The notes under the pieces are model-generated. The model searched no databases. It was not told where the DNA came from and saw nothing but the letters and a program-made list of their open reading frames with translations. From a virus (Duplodnaviria > Caudoviricetes), in IMG/VR virus record IMGVR_UViG_3300028809_000020, positions 1-48,723 of that record: DNA of 48,723 nucleotides, one strand, 5' to 3'. The translations under genes were made by a program, and so were the position numbers. Below are positions 41,662 through 48,723 of this stretch, in pieces (positions within the stretch are counted from its first letter, which is position 1; every line of letters starts with the position of its first letter).

Positions 41662-41682
41662 TAGAGCTTCTCCCTTCTCTTT

Positions 41683-41695
41683 CTACTTCACACTA
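41683..41695 (-). promoter_or_regulatory. 13-bp motif, copy 2 (TAGTGTGAAGTAG)
   Basis: Intergenic, downstream of a TTGACA hexamer. Confidence 0.6.
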
Positions 41696-41728
41696 TATCA
41701 GAGAGTGTCAACACCCTCCAAATTGATC

Positions 41729-42469
41729 TCACCGAGAGACCGCGACGTGCGTACCCTCCAGCTCGAAGAGCTTGTTGCCCATCGCCTCCAGGAACCTGTC
41801 CCGCAGCTCGCCCTCCAGGCCGATGCTGTCCGCAGCGGTCATCGCGGCCGTCGCCATGTTCTGCGCCTCCAGGTTGATCTGCTGCACGAGCTGCTGGGCG
41901 ATACCCGCGTCCAGGCAGCTCTTCGCCACCTTCGCCAACCGGTCACCGCGTGACTCCAGCATCTCCACAGCCCAGAACCCGTCCCCACCGGGCTTGAGCG
42001 CGGCCACTCCTCCCAGCTCCTCATACTCGTACACGCGGGCGCGCAGCCAGTGCACCTGGTTGGAGAGCAGACGGCACTGCTGGAGCAGCGCCTCCCACGG
42101 TGTGGTGTTCAGTTCGTCCGCGTATGCCAGTGCCATGAGAATTGCCCCCTGTTTGAGTCCTCGTCCGTTGTGCCCGTCGCACCGGTAGCACTTGCCGAAG
42201 CCCTCGTGCGTCGTGCCGTACCCCGCCGTATTCTTACACGGGTTATAAGGCCAGGTAGGTCGGTCCTTCGCCTTCCACCCGGTGCCCCTCTTCACCTCTG
42301 AGGGACACCGGGCTTTCTTCCCGAACATGACCACGCCGTGCTCATCCTGGTACAGCTCCGTCTGTTCGTAGGACGGCTGCATCTGGGCGAGTTCCGCCTC
42401 CTGCCAGTGCTTGCGCATGAAGACGTCGAAGCGCTCCTGGTAGGCCTCATACTCGTCTGCTGCGTTCAT
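41729..42469 (-). CDS. Putative terminase small subunit
   Basis: C...CKNTAGYGTTHEGFGKCYRCDG Zn motif plus helical TPWEALL...RLAKVAKSCLDAGI segment, as in actinophage TerS-like proteins. Confidence 0.55.
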   Translation of the reverse strand: MNAADEYEAYQERFDVFMRKHWQEAELAQMQPSYEQTELYQDEHGVVMFGKKARCPSEVKRGTGWKAKDRPTWPYNPCKNTAGYGTTHEGFGKCYRCDGHNGRGLKQGAILMALAYADELNTTPWEALLQQCRLLSNQVHWLRARVYEYEELGGVAALKPGGDGFWAVEMLESRGDRLAKVAKSCLDAGIAQQLVQQINLEAQNMATAAMTAADSIGLEGELRDRFLEAMGNKLFELEGTHVAVSR

Positions 42470-42478
42470 AACCCTATT

Positions 42479-42649
42479 TTACAGATCGAAGACGCCCAGC
42501 TTGGCCGCGTCGATGAACTGCGACCACTCCTCGCGGGTGAAGGCGACCTCCACCTCACGGTGCTCGGAGTTGCGCATCCTCACCGTCTCCCCCGGCAGCA
42601 CCTCCACGCACGCGCTGGTGTCGCACGGCTTGATCCAGCCCTCGTTCAT
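42479..42649 (-). CDS. DUF397 (BldB-like) protein
   Basis: Hand translation MNEGWIKPCDTSACVEVLPGETVRMRNSEHREVEVAFTREEWSQFIDAAKLGVFDL; WxK, CVEV, VxxRxS, FTxxEWxxF, GxFD. Absent from the ORF track. Confidence 0.85.
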   Translation of the reverse strand: MNEGWIKPCDTSACVEVLPGETVRMRNSEHREVEVAFTREEWSQFIDAAKLGVFDL

Positions 42650-43014
42650 CTCCATGCCCAGCCTGCCTTGTCTATGACCAGTGCCCCGCGTACGGTCAGG
42701 CGCTGGATCCGCAGGGTACCGCGCACGACTGCCGTCTCAAACGGGAAGGTCTCCACGGACAGTACCTTCTCGCCGTCTATGAGTGCCTTGTAAACGTCCA
42801 GGTCACTGAACACCTCACCCAGCGCGTAGACGGTGTTCTCCTCCTTGACCAGGAGTTCTATGACCCCCACGGTCTCGTACTCCGTGCCGCCGAGGACCGG
42901 CTTCATGACAGGTGCCGCCTGCCCGTAGGGAAGCTCGTACACACCCAGGGGGTCCAGCCACCGGTGGTCCAGCGACTCGACCCCCAGCCGCAGTACGGCC
43001 AGGTTGAACCTCAT
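42646..43014 (-). CDS. Hypothetical protein
   Basis: ATGA overlaps at both ends. Confidence 0.6.
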   Translation of the reverse strand: MRFNLAVLRLGVESLDHRWLDPLGVYELPYGQAAPVMKPVLGGTEYETVGVIELLVKEENTVYALGEVFSDLDVYKALIDGEKVLSVETFPFETAVVRGTLRIQRLTVRGALVIDKAGWAWR

Positions 43015-43259
43015 GTGATGACCTCGTCCAGGATCGTGAGCGAAGGGGCGTGGCCCGCGAACTTCTCGGCGATGCTCGCCACCTCGACCAAGTGCTTACA
43101 CGGTTTGGTCTTCCCGCCGCACCTATCCAGGTGCCGGACGGTGTCCGCCGCGATGTAGTGGATATGGGCGTTGTAGATCCGCTGCTGTCCCAGCTTCTCC
43201 AGCCGGTTCGCGTAGCGGTTCCAGGCACGCAGTTTACGGCGTAGGTTTCTCGGTCGCAT
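43011..43259 (-). CDS. Hypothetical basic protein
   Basis: SD GGAGG. Confidence 0.5.
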   Translation of the reverse strand: MRPRNLRRKLRAWNRYANRLEKLGQQRIYNAHIHYIAADTVRHLDRCGGKTKPCKHLVEVASIAEKFAGHAPSLTILDEVIT

Positions 43260-43464
43260 TACTTCCTCCACTTCCAGGGTTGTGCCCGATGTGCCAGTGC
43301 AGGGGGGCTTGTCTGTCCTCGTGTGAGTCGCCCCAGGTGCACCAGTAGGCACGCATCAGGAGAGTGTTGTTGGCATTCTCCGACAGGTGCAGCCTGAGTA
43401 GGGCAAGCTTCGCCATCAGCTCCGACTCATAAGCCTTCTTGTATCTGTGCTGCTTGCCCCACAT
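43234..43464 (-). CDS. Hypothetical protein (RAYWC...HWHIGH)
   Basis: SD GGAGG; Cys/His motif. Confidence 0.55.
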   Translation of the reverse strand: MWGKQHRYKKAYESELMAKLALLRLHLSENANNTLLMRAYWCTWGDSHEDRQAPLHWHIGHNPGSGGSNATEKPTP

Positions 43465-43513
43465 GGTCTTCCTCCCCCGGTTGCGTCCACCGGGGGAGCC
43501 GTCCGGCTTCAAC

Positions 43514-43723
43514 TCAGTCCCCGAACTCGAAGATGATGTCCCGCACTCCGGAAGTGCCCTCCCAGCCGCAGTAGTCGAAACTGATCTCTGTGCAGTACAG
43601 CCGGGCACGCACGGCCACCTGGTAGGCGGGACCTCCCGTGACCAGCATGTACTTACCCTGCTGGAGGCCCAGTCCTACCCTGCCCTGGCACTTCGGGCAC
43701 TTCTCCTCAATCTCCTTGCTCAT
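43514..43723 (-). CDS. Small zinc-ribbon protein
   Basis: CPKC...C...CGWEG. Confidence 0.55.
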   Translation of the reverse strand: MSKEIEEKCPKCQGRVGLGLQQGKYMLVTGGPAYQVAVRARLYCTEISFDYCGWEGTSGVRDIIFEFGD

Positions 43724-43962
43724 CTCATCTCCTTCATGATCATCTCTTCCACCTCGTCCAGGGTCATGGTCTCCCCGTTGAGCGGGTGGGGGAGCGCCGC
43801 ACCCCGCCGACGCTGGTCCACCGCGTTGAGCAGGCTGGTGAAGATGTCCTTGACCAGCCACTCCCCGTACTTGCGCCCCTCCCGCGCACCGTCCTCATAA
43901 CCGTTGCGCTCCGCTTCCTCCAGCTCATCGCTGTAGTCGTGCGTGCACTCATGCCCGAGCAT
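43720..43962 (-). CDS. Hypothetical acidic protein
   Basis: SD AAGGAG. Confidence 0.6.
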   Translation of the reverse strand: MLGHECTHDYSDELEEAERNGYEDGAREGRKYGEWLVKDIFTSLLNAVDQRRRGAALPHPLNGETMTLDEVEEMIMKEMR

Positions 43963-43986
43963 AAAGCTCCTTCTCCCTGTTGTGGA

Positions 43987-44199
43987 TCATCGTCCCCTCC
44001 AGCCCCTCGCCTGCGTGACGTCCGCCAGGCTTCCCAGAACGGCGAGCAGCGCCCGCCTGCGCAGCGTCCAGGACGCCAGCCAGTTGCCGGGATACTCGTA
44101 CCCCTTGAACCAGTCCTCACGGCTGTAGCACAGCGCGTCACTGCGCTCCTGGTACCTGCGCCACCTGCGGGCGTAGCGTCGTGCCCTGTTATGGTTCAT
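43987..44199 (-). CDS. Hypothetical basic protein
   Basis: ATGA overlap; SD GGAGGAAGG. Confidence 0.5.
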   Translation of the reverse strand: MNHNRARRYARRWRRYQERSDALCYSREDWFKGYEYPGNWLASWTLRRRALLAVLGSLADVTQARGWRGR

Positions 44200-44408
44200 C
44201 CTTCCTCCTTCTCCAGCGTAGGGCGGTTGGGGCACGGTCGGGTGGCCGCCCTCTTGTGGTTGCTCAGGATGTGTGTGACGCGGCAGCACATCTTGGCTGC
44301 CGCGCCACACCGGGTGCACTTGTCGAACTGAGCCCAGAACTCGCGGACGCGCTCGGCGCTCACCCCGCGTCCGGCTCCGGGCGTGCTTCCGGTGACCGCT
44401 CGCGTCAT
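44196..44408 (-). CDS. Small zinc-finger protein
   Basis: CTRCGA...CCR...PCPNR; SD GGAGGAG. Confidence 0.55.
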   Translation of the reverse strand: MTRAVTGSTPGAGRGVSAERVREFWAQFDKCTRCGAAAKMCCRVTHILSNHKRAATRPCPNRPTLEKEEG

Positions 44409-44430
44409 ATCTCCTCCTTCTTCGCCTTCA

Positions 44431-44443
44431 TTACATCACACTA
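44431..44443 (-). promoter_or_regulatory. 13-bp motif, copy 3 (TAGTGTGATGTAA)
   Basis: Intergenic, after a hairpin and before an SD. Confidence 0.6.
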
Positions 44444-44505
44444 TATCACATAGAAGGAGCCGCCCCCGGCTTGCGGGAGCGGCTCCGTCTCAGCGTTCCC
44501 CCAGC

Positions 44506-45540
44506 TCACGGAGCGGCCTGCTCGCCGTCGCCCGGCACAGCGGCAGCTTCGGTAAGCGCGGCGTCCCTCTTGGCGGCGCACGAATCGCACCAGATCCGCC
44601 CACGTGCCGGGCTCCACTTGCACGAGCACGTCACGGATTCTTCCCACAGCCACGTCTGCTCGTTCCACGTCCGGCCAGACGGCGTCGTGGTCTGTAGCGG
44701 CACGTGGACGCGCTTGGCAGACAGCTGCCACAGGTCGGCGATCCCAGCCTTCTCGGCCAGCACGGCGAAGCAGGTCGGGCAGACGATGCCGCCATACAGG
44801 TCGGTGTTGTTGATGTCGTCGCCACGCATAACCCGGTTCCACAGCGGCGACGGGGCGGACCATGCGACATTGGGTCCACCGCAGCGCCCACAAGTGCTCT
44901 CGGGGTGTTCCTTGGCCTTGTCGCCGTCGCCGTCACCCGGCACAGCGGCTGCGTCACGGTTGATCCGGAGCACGCCATGCCCGACCACGCGGCCCTGCGA
45001 CGGAATCACCGGGTCGTCGTCGGACTGCGGAGTGGCGGCGGGGACGGCGGCCAGCTTGTCAACCGCCGCGACCAGCCGCAGGGTGCTCGGGTGGAACCAG
45101 CCGCGCTGCGCGTCCCTGATCTGCGGGTGCATTTCCAGGATGTAGGCGACGGCTGCCTTCGCGGCCTCGGCAGCCGGGCGCAGCTTGTCGGCCTCGGCGC
45201 GGGCATCGGCAAGCTCACCCTCCAGCGCAATGACGCGGCTAGGCAGCGAATCGTCCAGGCTCAACTCCACGATGCGCTGAGCGGCGGCGTGCGTCTTCGT
45301 TGAGGCGTCCACGATGGCCCGCAGGTGGTTGCGCTCCCGCAGTGCCCTGCCCGCCGTCGTCGCGGATTCCCGCGCCTCCTGGCGGTAGCGCTCCTCCTCG
45401 CGCTTCGCCTCGGCCAGCTCCTCACGGGCGGCGGTGCCATCGTGCGTCCCACACAGGACGATCGTCCGGTCCTGCACGTTATCGCGCGTCCGCCTGATCT
45501 CGCACCCGCAGTCTGCGAGCGCAAATAACCGGTTCTCCAC
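44506..45540 (-). CDS. Modular hypothetical protein (coiled coil plus Cys-rich modules)
   Basis: SD AGGAGG; flanked by hairpins; internal 26-bp direct repeat. Confidence 0.65.
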   Translation of the reverse strand: MENRLFALADCGCEIRRTRDNVQDRTIVLCGTHDGTAAREELAEAKREEERYRQEARESATTAGRALRERNHLRAIVDASTKTHAAAQRIVELSLDDSLPSRVIALEGELADARAEADKLRPAAEAAKAAVAYILEMHPQIRDAQRGWFHPSTLRLVAAVDKLAAVPAATPQSDDDPVIPSQGRVVGHGVLRINRDAAAVPGDGDGDKAKEHPESTCGRCGGPNVAWSAPSPLWNRVMRGDDINNTDLYGGIVCPTCFAVLAEKAGIADLWQLSAKRVHVPLQTTTPSGRTWNEQTWLWEESVTCSCKWSPARGRIWCDSCAAKRDAALTEAAAVPGDGEQAAP

Positions 45541-45557
45541 TACAACCTCCTGACCTG

Positions 45558-45598
45558 CGTAGGAGGCAGCCAGATACGGGAAATGGCTGCCTCCTACG
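45558..45598. terminator. Long inverted repeat (terminator or operator)
   Basis: CGTAGGAGGCAGCCA...TGGCTGCCTCCTACG, 15-bp arms. Confidence 0.55.
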
Positions 45599-45674
45599 AA
45601 TTGCGTACGGCGTATACAATTCTTTTCTTGATCAAGTATGACCGGTGGTCATACCACCAGTCATACCAACACCC

Positions 45675-46535
45675 TTACCACTGGTCGTACTCCGCGACCA
45701 TCCTGCGGATCAGGCCTGCGATCTGCGGAAACGTGATGTCGCTGTAGTCGTTGAGATAGGTGATCGCGAATGTCCCCGTACCACCGGTACTTTCGACGTA
45801 CCCCCGATGCGTGAACTCCAGGTTCAGCTCCTTCACCCACTCGCGCGGGATGTGGAAGTTGTCCGCCACCACTCCCAGCCACTCCTGCGCGGAGTCCGGC
45901 AGCAGCGAATCACTGCCGTCGAAGTAGACGTACTCCACGTCCCCCCATGTCTGCGCGCTGCGCTCGATCTCCACACCCTGCGCGATGGCGATCTCACACG
46001 CCACCCCCAGGCAGCAGTGCCGCCCACCGGCCGCCAGGTGCTTCTCACCCTTGACGTAGATCCCGCTCTCCAGGGCTTCCGCCCAGGTGATCATGCTCTC
46101 CCGGTTCATTGCGGCCACCTCCACACCCGTTGCCTGCTGCACGACCCGCGCCAGCTCTTCCACGTCCCCCGTGAAGCAGTAGAAGATGCTGAACCAGGCT
46201 TCCGGCCCGCCATCCCCCTGCTCGTCGTCGCAGTAGGGCAGCCCCAGCGCACGGGCCGCGTGCCGCTCCAGCGCCCCGGAATCCGGGTACTCCATGTCCC
46301 CGATCTTCTCCGTCAGCCGCTCCCCCTCCGGGGAGATGAAGATCGCCTGCTGGTACACCGTCCCCCGTGACAACACCTCCACCCCGTAGCCGCTCAGCCG
46401 CAGAGCCCAGCCCGCGAAGCAGAACGAGGTCCCGCAGTCCGACACGAAAGTCCGCTGGTCCCAGCCTCCGGACGCCGCGTGCTGGCGTACCACCGCCATC
46501 GTGTCCCGGATCAGCTTCTCGTTGATCTCCATCAT
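45675..46535 (-). CDS. Two-domain hypothetical protein (possible in-frame fusion of two genes)
   Basis: Domain 1 CGTSFCFAGW; domain 2 WAEALESG...CCLGVAC...LND...TFPQIA, with its own SD and ATG at 46109. Confidence 0.65.
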   Translation of the reverse strand: MMEINEKLIRDTMAVVRQHAASGGWDQRTFVSDCGTSFCFAGWALRLSGYGVEVLSRGTVYQQAIFISPEGERLTEKIGDMEYPDSGALERHAARALGLPYCDDEQGDGGPEAWFSIFYCFTGDVEELARVVQQATGVEVAAMNRESMITWAEALESGIYVKGEKHLAAGGRHCCLGVACEIAIAQGVEIERSAQTWGDVEYVYFDGSDSLLPDSAQEWLGVVADNFHIPREWVKELNLEFTHRGYVESTGGTGTFAITYLNDYSDITFPQIAGLIRRMVAEYDQW

Positions 46536-46585
46536 CTTCCCTCTCCTTCCCCGTCCCACACACCGCAGGACATCCCTTCCCCACC

Positions 46586-46614
46586 AGACTACATCACACT
46601 AAACCCCCGTGCAA
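46586..46614 (-). promoter_or_regulatory. Promoter overlapped by 13-bp motif copy 4 (TAGTGTGATGTAG, 46589-46601)
   Basis: TTGCAC-N17-TAGTCT. Confidence 0.65.
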
Positions 46615-46619
46615 CCCTG

Positions 46620-46900
46620 CCGCATGTCCGTTAGCAATCAGCAAGCAACAAACGCTAGTTGTATGTATGGAACACGAAAAACACCTAGTTGATCTATAAA
46701 CTCGTGCGTACTGTAACTACATGATGTACTTACTAACTTGCTAATGGGTATATATAAGTAGGTTTACCTGCTGTTTTAAAGATCAAAAATAAGTAATTTA
46801 GGAGTAATTGATCTTGGATTAGCAATTACTGTCTTCAAGATCCACAGGAGTCAGTAACCAAAAGCAAGAAAGCAGCAAGACGAAGAGCAACCCGTACTTT
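46620..46900. other. AT-rich non-coding region, candidate replication origin
   Basis: Markedly AT-rich relative to the rest of the window; many AG(C/T)AA repeats; directly downstream of the helicase gene. Confidence 0.55.
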
Positions 46901-46949
46901 GCTGTTCGCCCTGCTGCCTTCACGCTATTTCAGCCCTACGCCCTGCCGT

Positions 46950-48464
46950 CTACGCCTTGCCGGTGAAAGAGTGATCCTTCAACCTCATCCCGATCCACCG
47001 CAGCCCGCCGTTGACGTTCTCGCTCACCCACCCGTAGTTGTCCCGGAGCTGGGCGTTGAACTCCTTATAATTCAGTACGTCGCTCTTGTCCTGTTTGTTG
47101 CCGTGGATCTCCACCCACGTCTTGTACCGCTCGTGCATCCCCTTCACCTTCACGTACGTGGTCTTCACTCCATGCACAGACTGCTGCTCCGCATCCAGCA
47201 CCTCCAGCTGCCCGGAGTCGTGCAGCCACTCGAAGAACTCCCCCAGGTGCGTGGTCTCGTCGAAGCTCGTAGTCGTGAAGGCCGCGAACTCGTCCTTCAC
47301 GTCTTCCAGCCCCTCGGCCATCGCCCGGATGCACCCGTCCACCAGCGCGGCCAGCAGGTACTCCCGCACCTCCTGCGAGGCCAGGAACTTCTGCTTGATC
47401 GTGGGGTCCTCCACCGCTGGAGTGTGCTTGAAGTCCATGACCAGCATCCGGCGCTTCAGCGCCTGGTCCGCACCGTTGATCCTGGGCATGTCGTTGGCAT
47501 AGAAGATGGGCATGAAGTGCGGCACGACCTCCAGGAAGTCGTCCGAGCGCATCTTGCGCACCTTGATGCCGTCCCCGCCCGTGATGGCCTTGACCCGGTC
47601 CCCGTGCAGCTCCCAGTTCTTGGACGCCTCAGCCAGGAACACGGCCCGCTTCTTCAGCACAGAGATCACGTCCGGTCGTGGCTTGTCGTCCAGGTTGCCC
47701 CGGAACATGGACGGGTTACCCACGCCCGCGTACGTGCCCAGCGTCGCCCTCAGCGCCTCCACCAACTGCGTCTTGCCGTTGGTCGTCTTGCCCTTGAGGA
47801 TCAGCAGCAGACGCCCTGGATTGCCACCCAGCAGTGCCGACCCCAGAGCCTTGAGAATCAAGGCTCTGCGGTTCTCCTCTGGAATGAACGTGTCGTAGAA
47901 CTGCTGGACGAGGGCGGGGGGCGGGACGACAGCTCCGCTGTCGTCCCGCAACAGCTCCGGCTTGTACTCCACCGCAGTGCTCAGCGTCAGCATGTCCTGC
48001 GGTTCGATCTTCCTGCGCGTCACCCCGCCGTTCTCGAACACCAGCAGCTCCGAAGGGGTGGCCAGCACGTTGAGCGCGTTGTCGAAATCCACCTCCGCCT
48101 CACACGTCAGCCCGTAGGTGAGACACCCGGTCTCGGCCATCAACCGCATCGCGGGCAGGTTGCTGGAGGCGTGCGCCCACTTCTGGAGCGCCTCCCCCTG
48201 CTTGCTCAGCGCCTCGTTGTCCTGCGCCTCGCCCAGCGCCGACAGCACCGCCGCCCGCTCCTTCATGTCGTCCAGCAGGTACCGGCACTTCATCTCCAGA
48301 TCACCGGCCGTCTTGCCCTCGTTAAGGCTCCAGCGGCCGTCCTTGCGCACCGTGTAGAACGCGGTACTGCGCGCCCGCTTGTCCACCAGCACCTCACCGA
48401 TGTACCGGGTCGCGAAGCGGTCCCCGTTGCCATTGGAGGTGTTCTCGAACTTCTCAAGATCCAT
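46950..48464 (-). CDS. P4/D5-type SF3 helicase (primase-associated)
   Basis: GNGDRFA D5_N-like start, GKTTNGKT Walker A, FLAEAS Walker B, VKAITGGD, YANDMPRI, ALKRRM. Confidence 0.88.
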   Translation of the reverse strand: MDLEKFENTSNGNGDRFATRYIGEVLVDKRARSTAFYTVRKDGRWSLNEGKTAGDLEMKCRYLLDDMKERAAVLSALGEAQDNEALSKQGEALQKWAHASSNLPAMRLMAETGCLTYGLTCEAEVDFDNALNVLATPSELLVFENGGVTRRKIEPQDMLTLSTAVEYKPELLRDDSGAVVPPPALVQQFYDTFIPEENRRALILKALGSALLGGNPGRLLLILKGKTTNGKTQLVEALRATLGTYAGVGNPSMFRGNLDDKPRPDVISVLKKRAVFLAEASKNWELHGDRVKAITGGDGIKVRKMRSDDFLEVVPHFMPIFYANDMPRINGADQALKRRMLVMDFKHTPAVEDPTIKQKFLASQEVREYLLAALVDGCIRAMAEGLEDVKDEFAAFTTTSFDETTHLGEFFEWLHDSGQLEVLDAEQQSVHGVKTTYVKVKGMHERYKTWVEIHGNKQDKSDVLNYKEFNAQLRDNYGWVSENVNGGLRWIGMRLKDHSFTGKA

Positions 48465-48723
48465 TACGCAGCCTCTCCGCGAACTTCTGCTGGAGAGCGG
48501 CAAGCCCGCGCTCCGGTTCCACCCTCACGTACACCCGGTCCAGCTCGTACACGACCTGCCGCCACGGCAGCTCATGCTCCACCTCCGGTGGCTGGGCGAA
48601 CTTCTCCCAGTAAGCCATCATGAGTTCTTCTGCGTATTCCCTGCTCACGCCCTGTTTACGGAGTTTATAAGCCATATCGCGGGTGAACTCGTACCGGCCG
48701 CCGTAGATCCTGCCGTCTTCCTC
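48454..48723 (-). CDS. C-terminus of a primase (PriCT-like), truncated by the window end
   Basis: Frame open to the window edge; GRYEFTRDMAYKLRKQGVSREYA...WEKFAQPP; overlaps the helicase start. Confidence 0.6.
   Translation of the reverse strand, partial: EEDGRIYGGRYEFTRDMAYKLRKQGVSREYAEELMMAYWEKFAQPPEVEHELPWRQVVYELDRVYVRVEPERGLAALQQKFAERLRNGS

Noticed and set aside
48454-48464. Frameshift splitting primase and helicase
   Set aside because: The helicase has its own SD (GGAGAGG) and ATG overlapping the upstream gene end, consistent with two genuine genes.
1-48723. CRISPR array, integrase, transposase or reverse transcriptase
   Set aside because: No regularly spaced repeats or matching catalytic motifs were seen; lifestyle cannot be determined from this window.

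Overview
About 48.7 kb of a high-GC tailed (siphovirus-like) phage or prophage genome. Its host is probably a filamentous, sporulating actinomycete, inferred from WhiB, SsgA-like and DUF397 genes. A short + strand block (lysis cassette, DUF6011 protein, WhiB) converges on a long - strand region. Read right to left, that region holds: primase and SF3 helicase, an AT-rich putative origin, many small accessory genes (SsgA-like, DUF397, membrane microproteins, an RmlB-like dehydratase, ThyX), the large terminase, an island with tRNA-like RNAs, and a virion module resembling mycobacteriophage cluster B (portal, MuF, protease, hexamer and pentamer capsid proteins, tail genes). It ends in a methyltransferase plus three glycosyltransferases. 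The most striking system is in the head module. A MuF minor head protein continues, across a 1-nt frame break, into repeats, a HipA/PI3K-like kinase and a VIP2-like ADP-ribosyltransferase. Next to it, the maturation protease carries an N-terminal 2H phosphoesterase (the fold of Acb1). A recurrent L-[TV]-A-[AS] motif marks domain boundaries across the head proteins, suggesting protease-released, virion-packaged effectors. Other notable signals are a set of host-development regulator homologues, an aberrant tRNA plus two acceptor/T-arm mini-tRNAs, a repeated 13-bp operator-like motif, and six leaderless-type promoters. All calls come from reading motifs by eye; no database searches were run.
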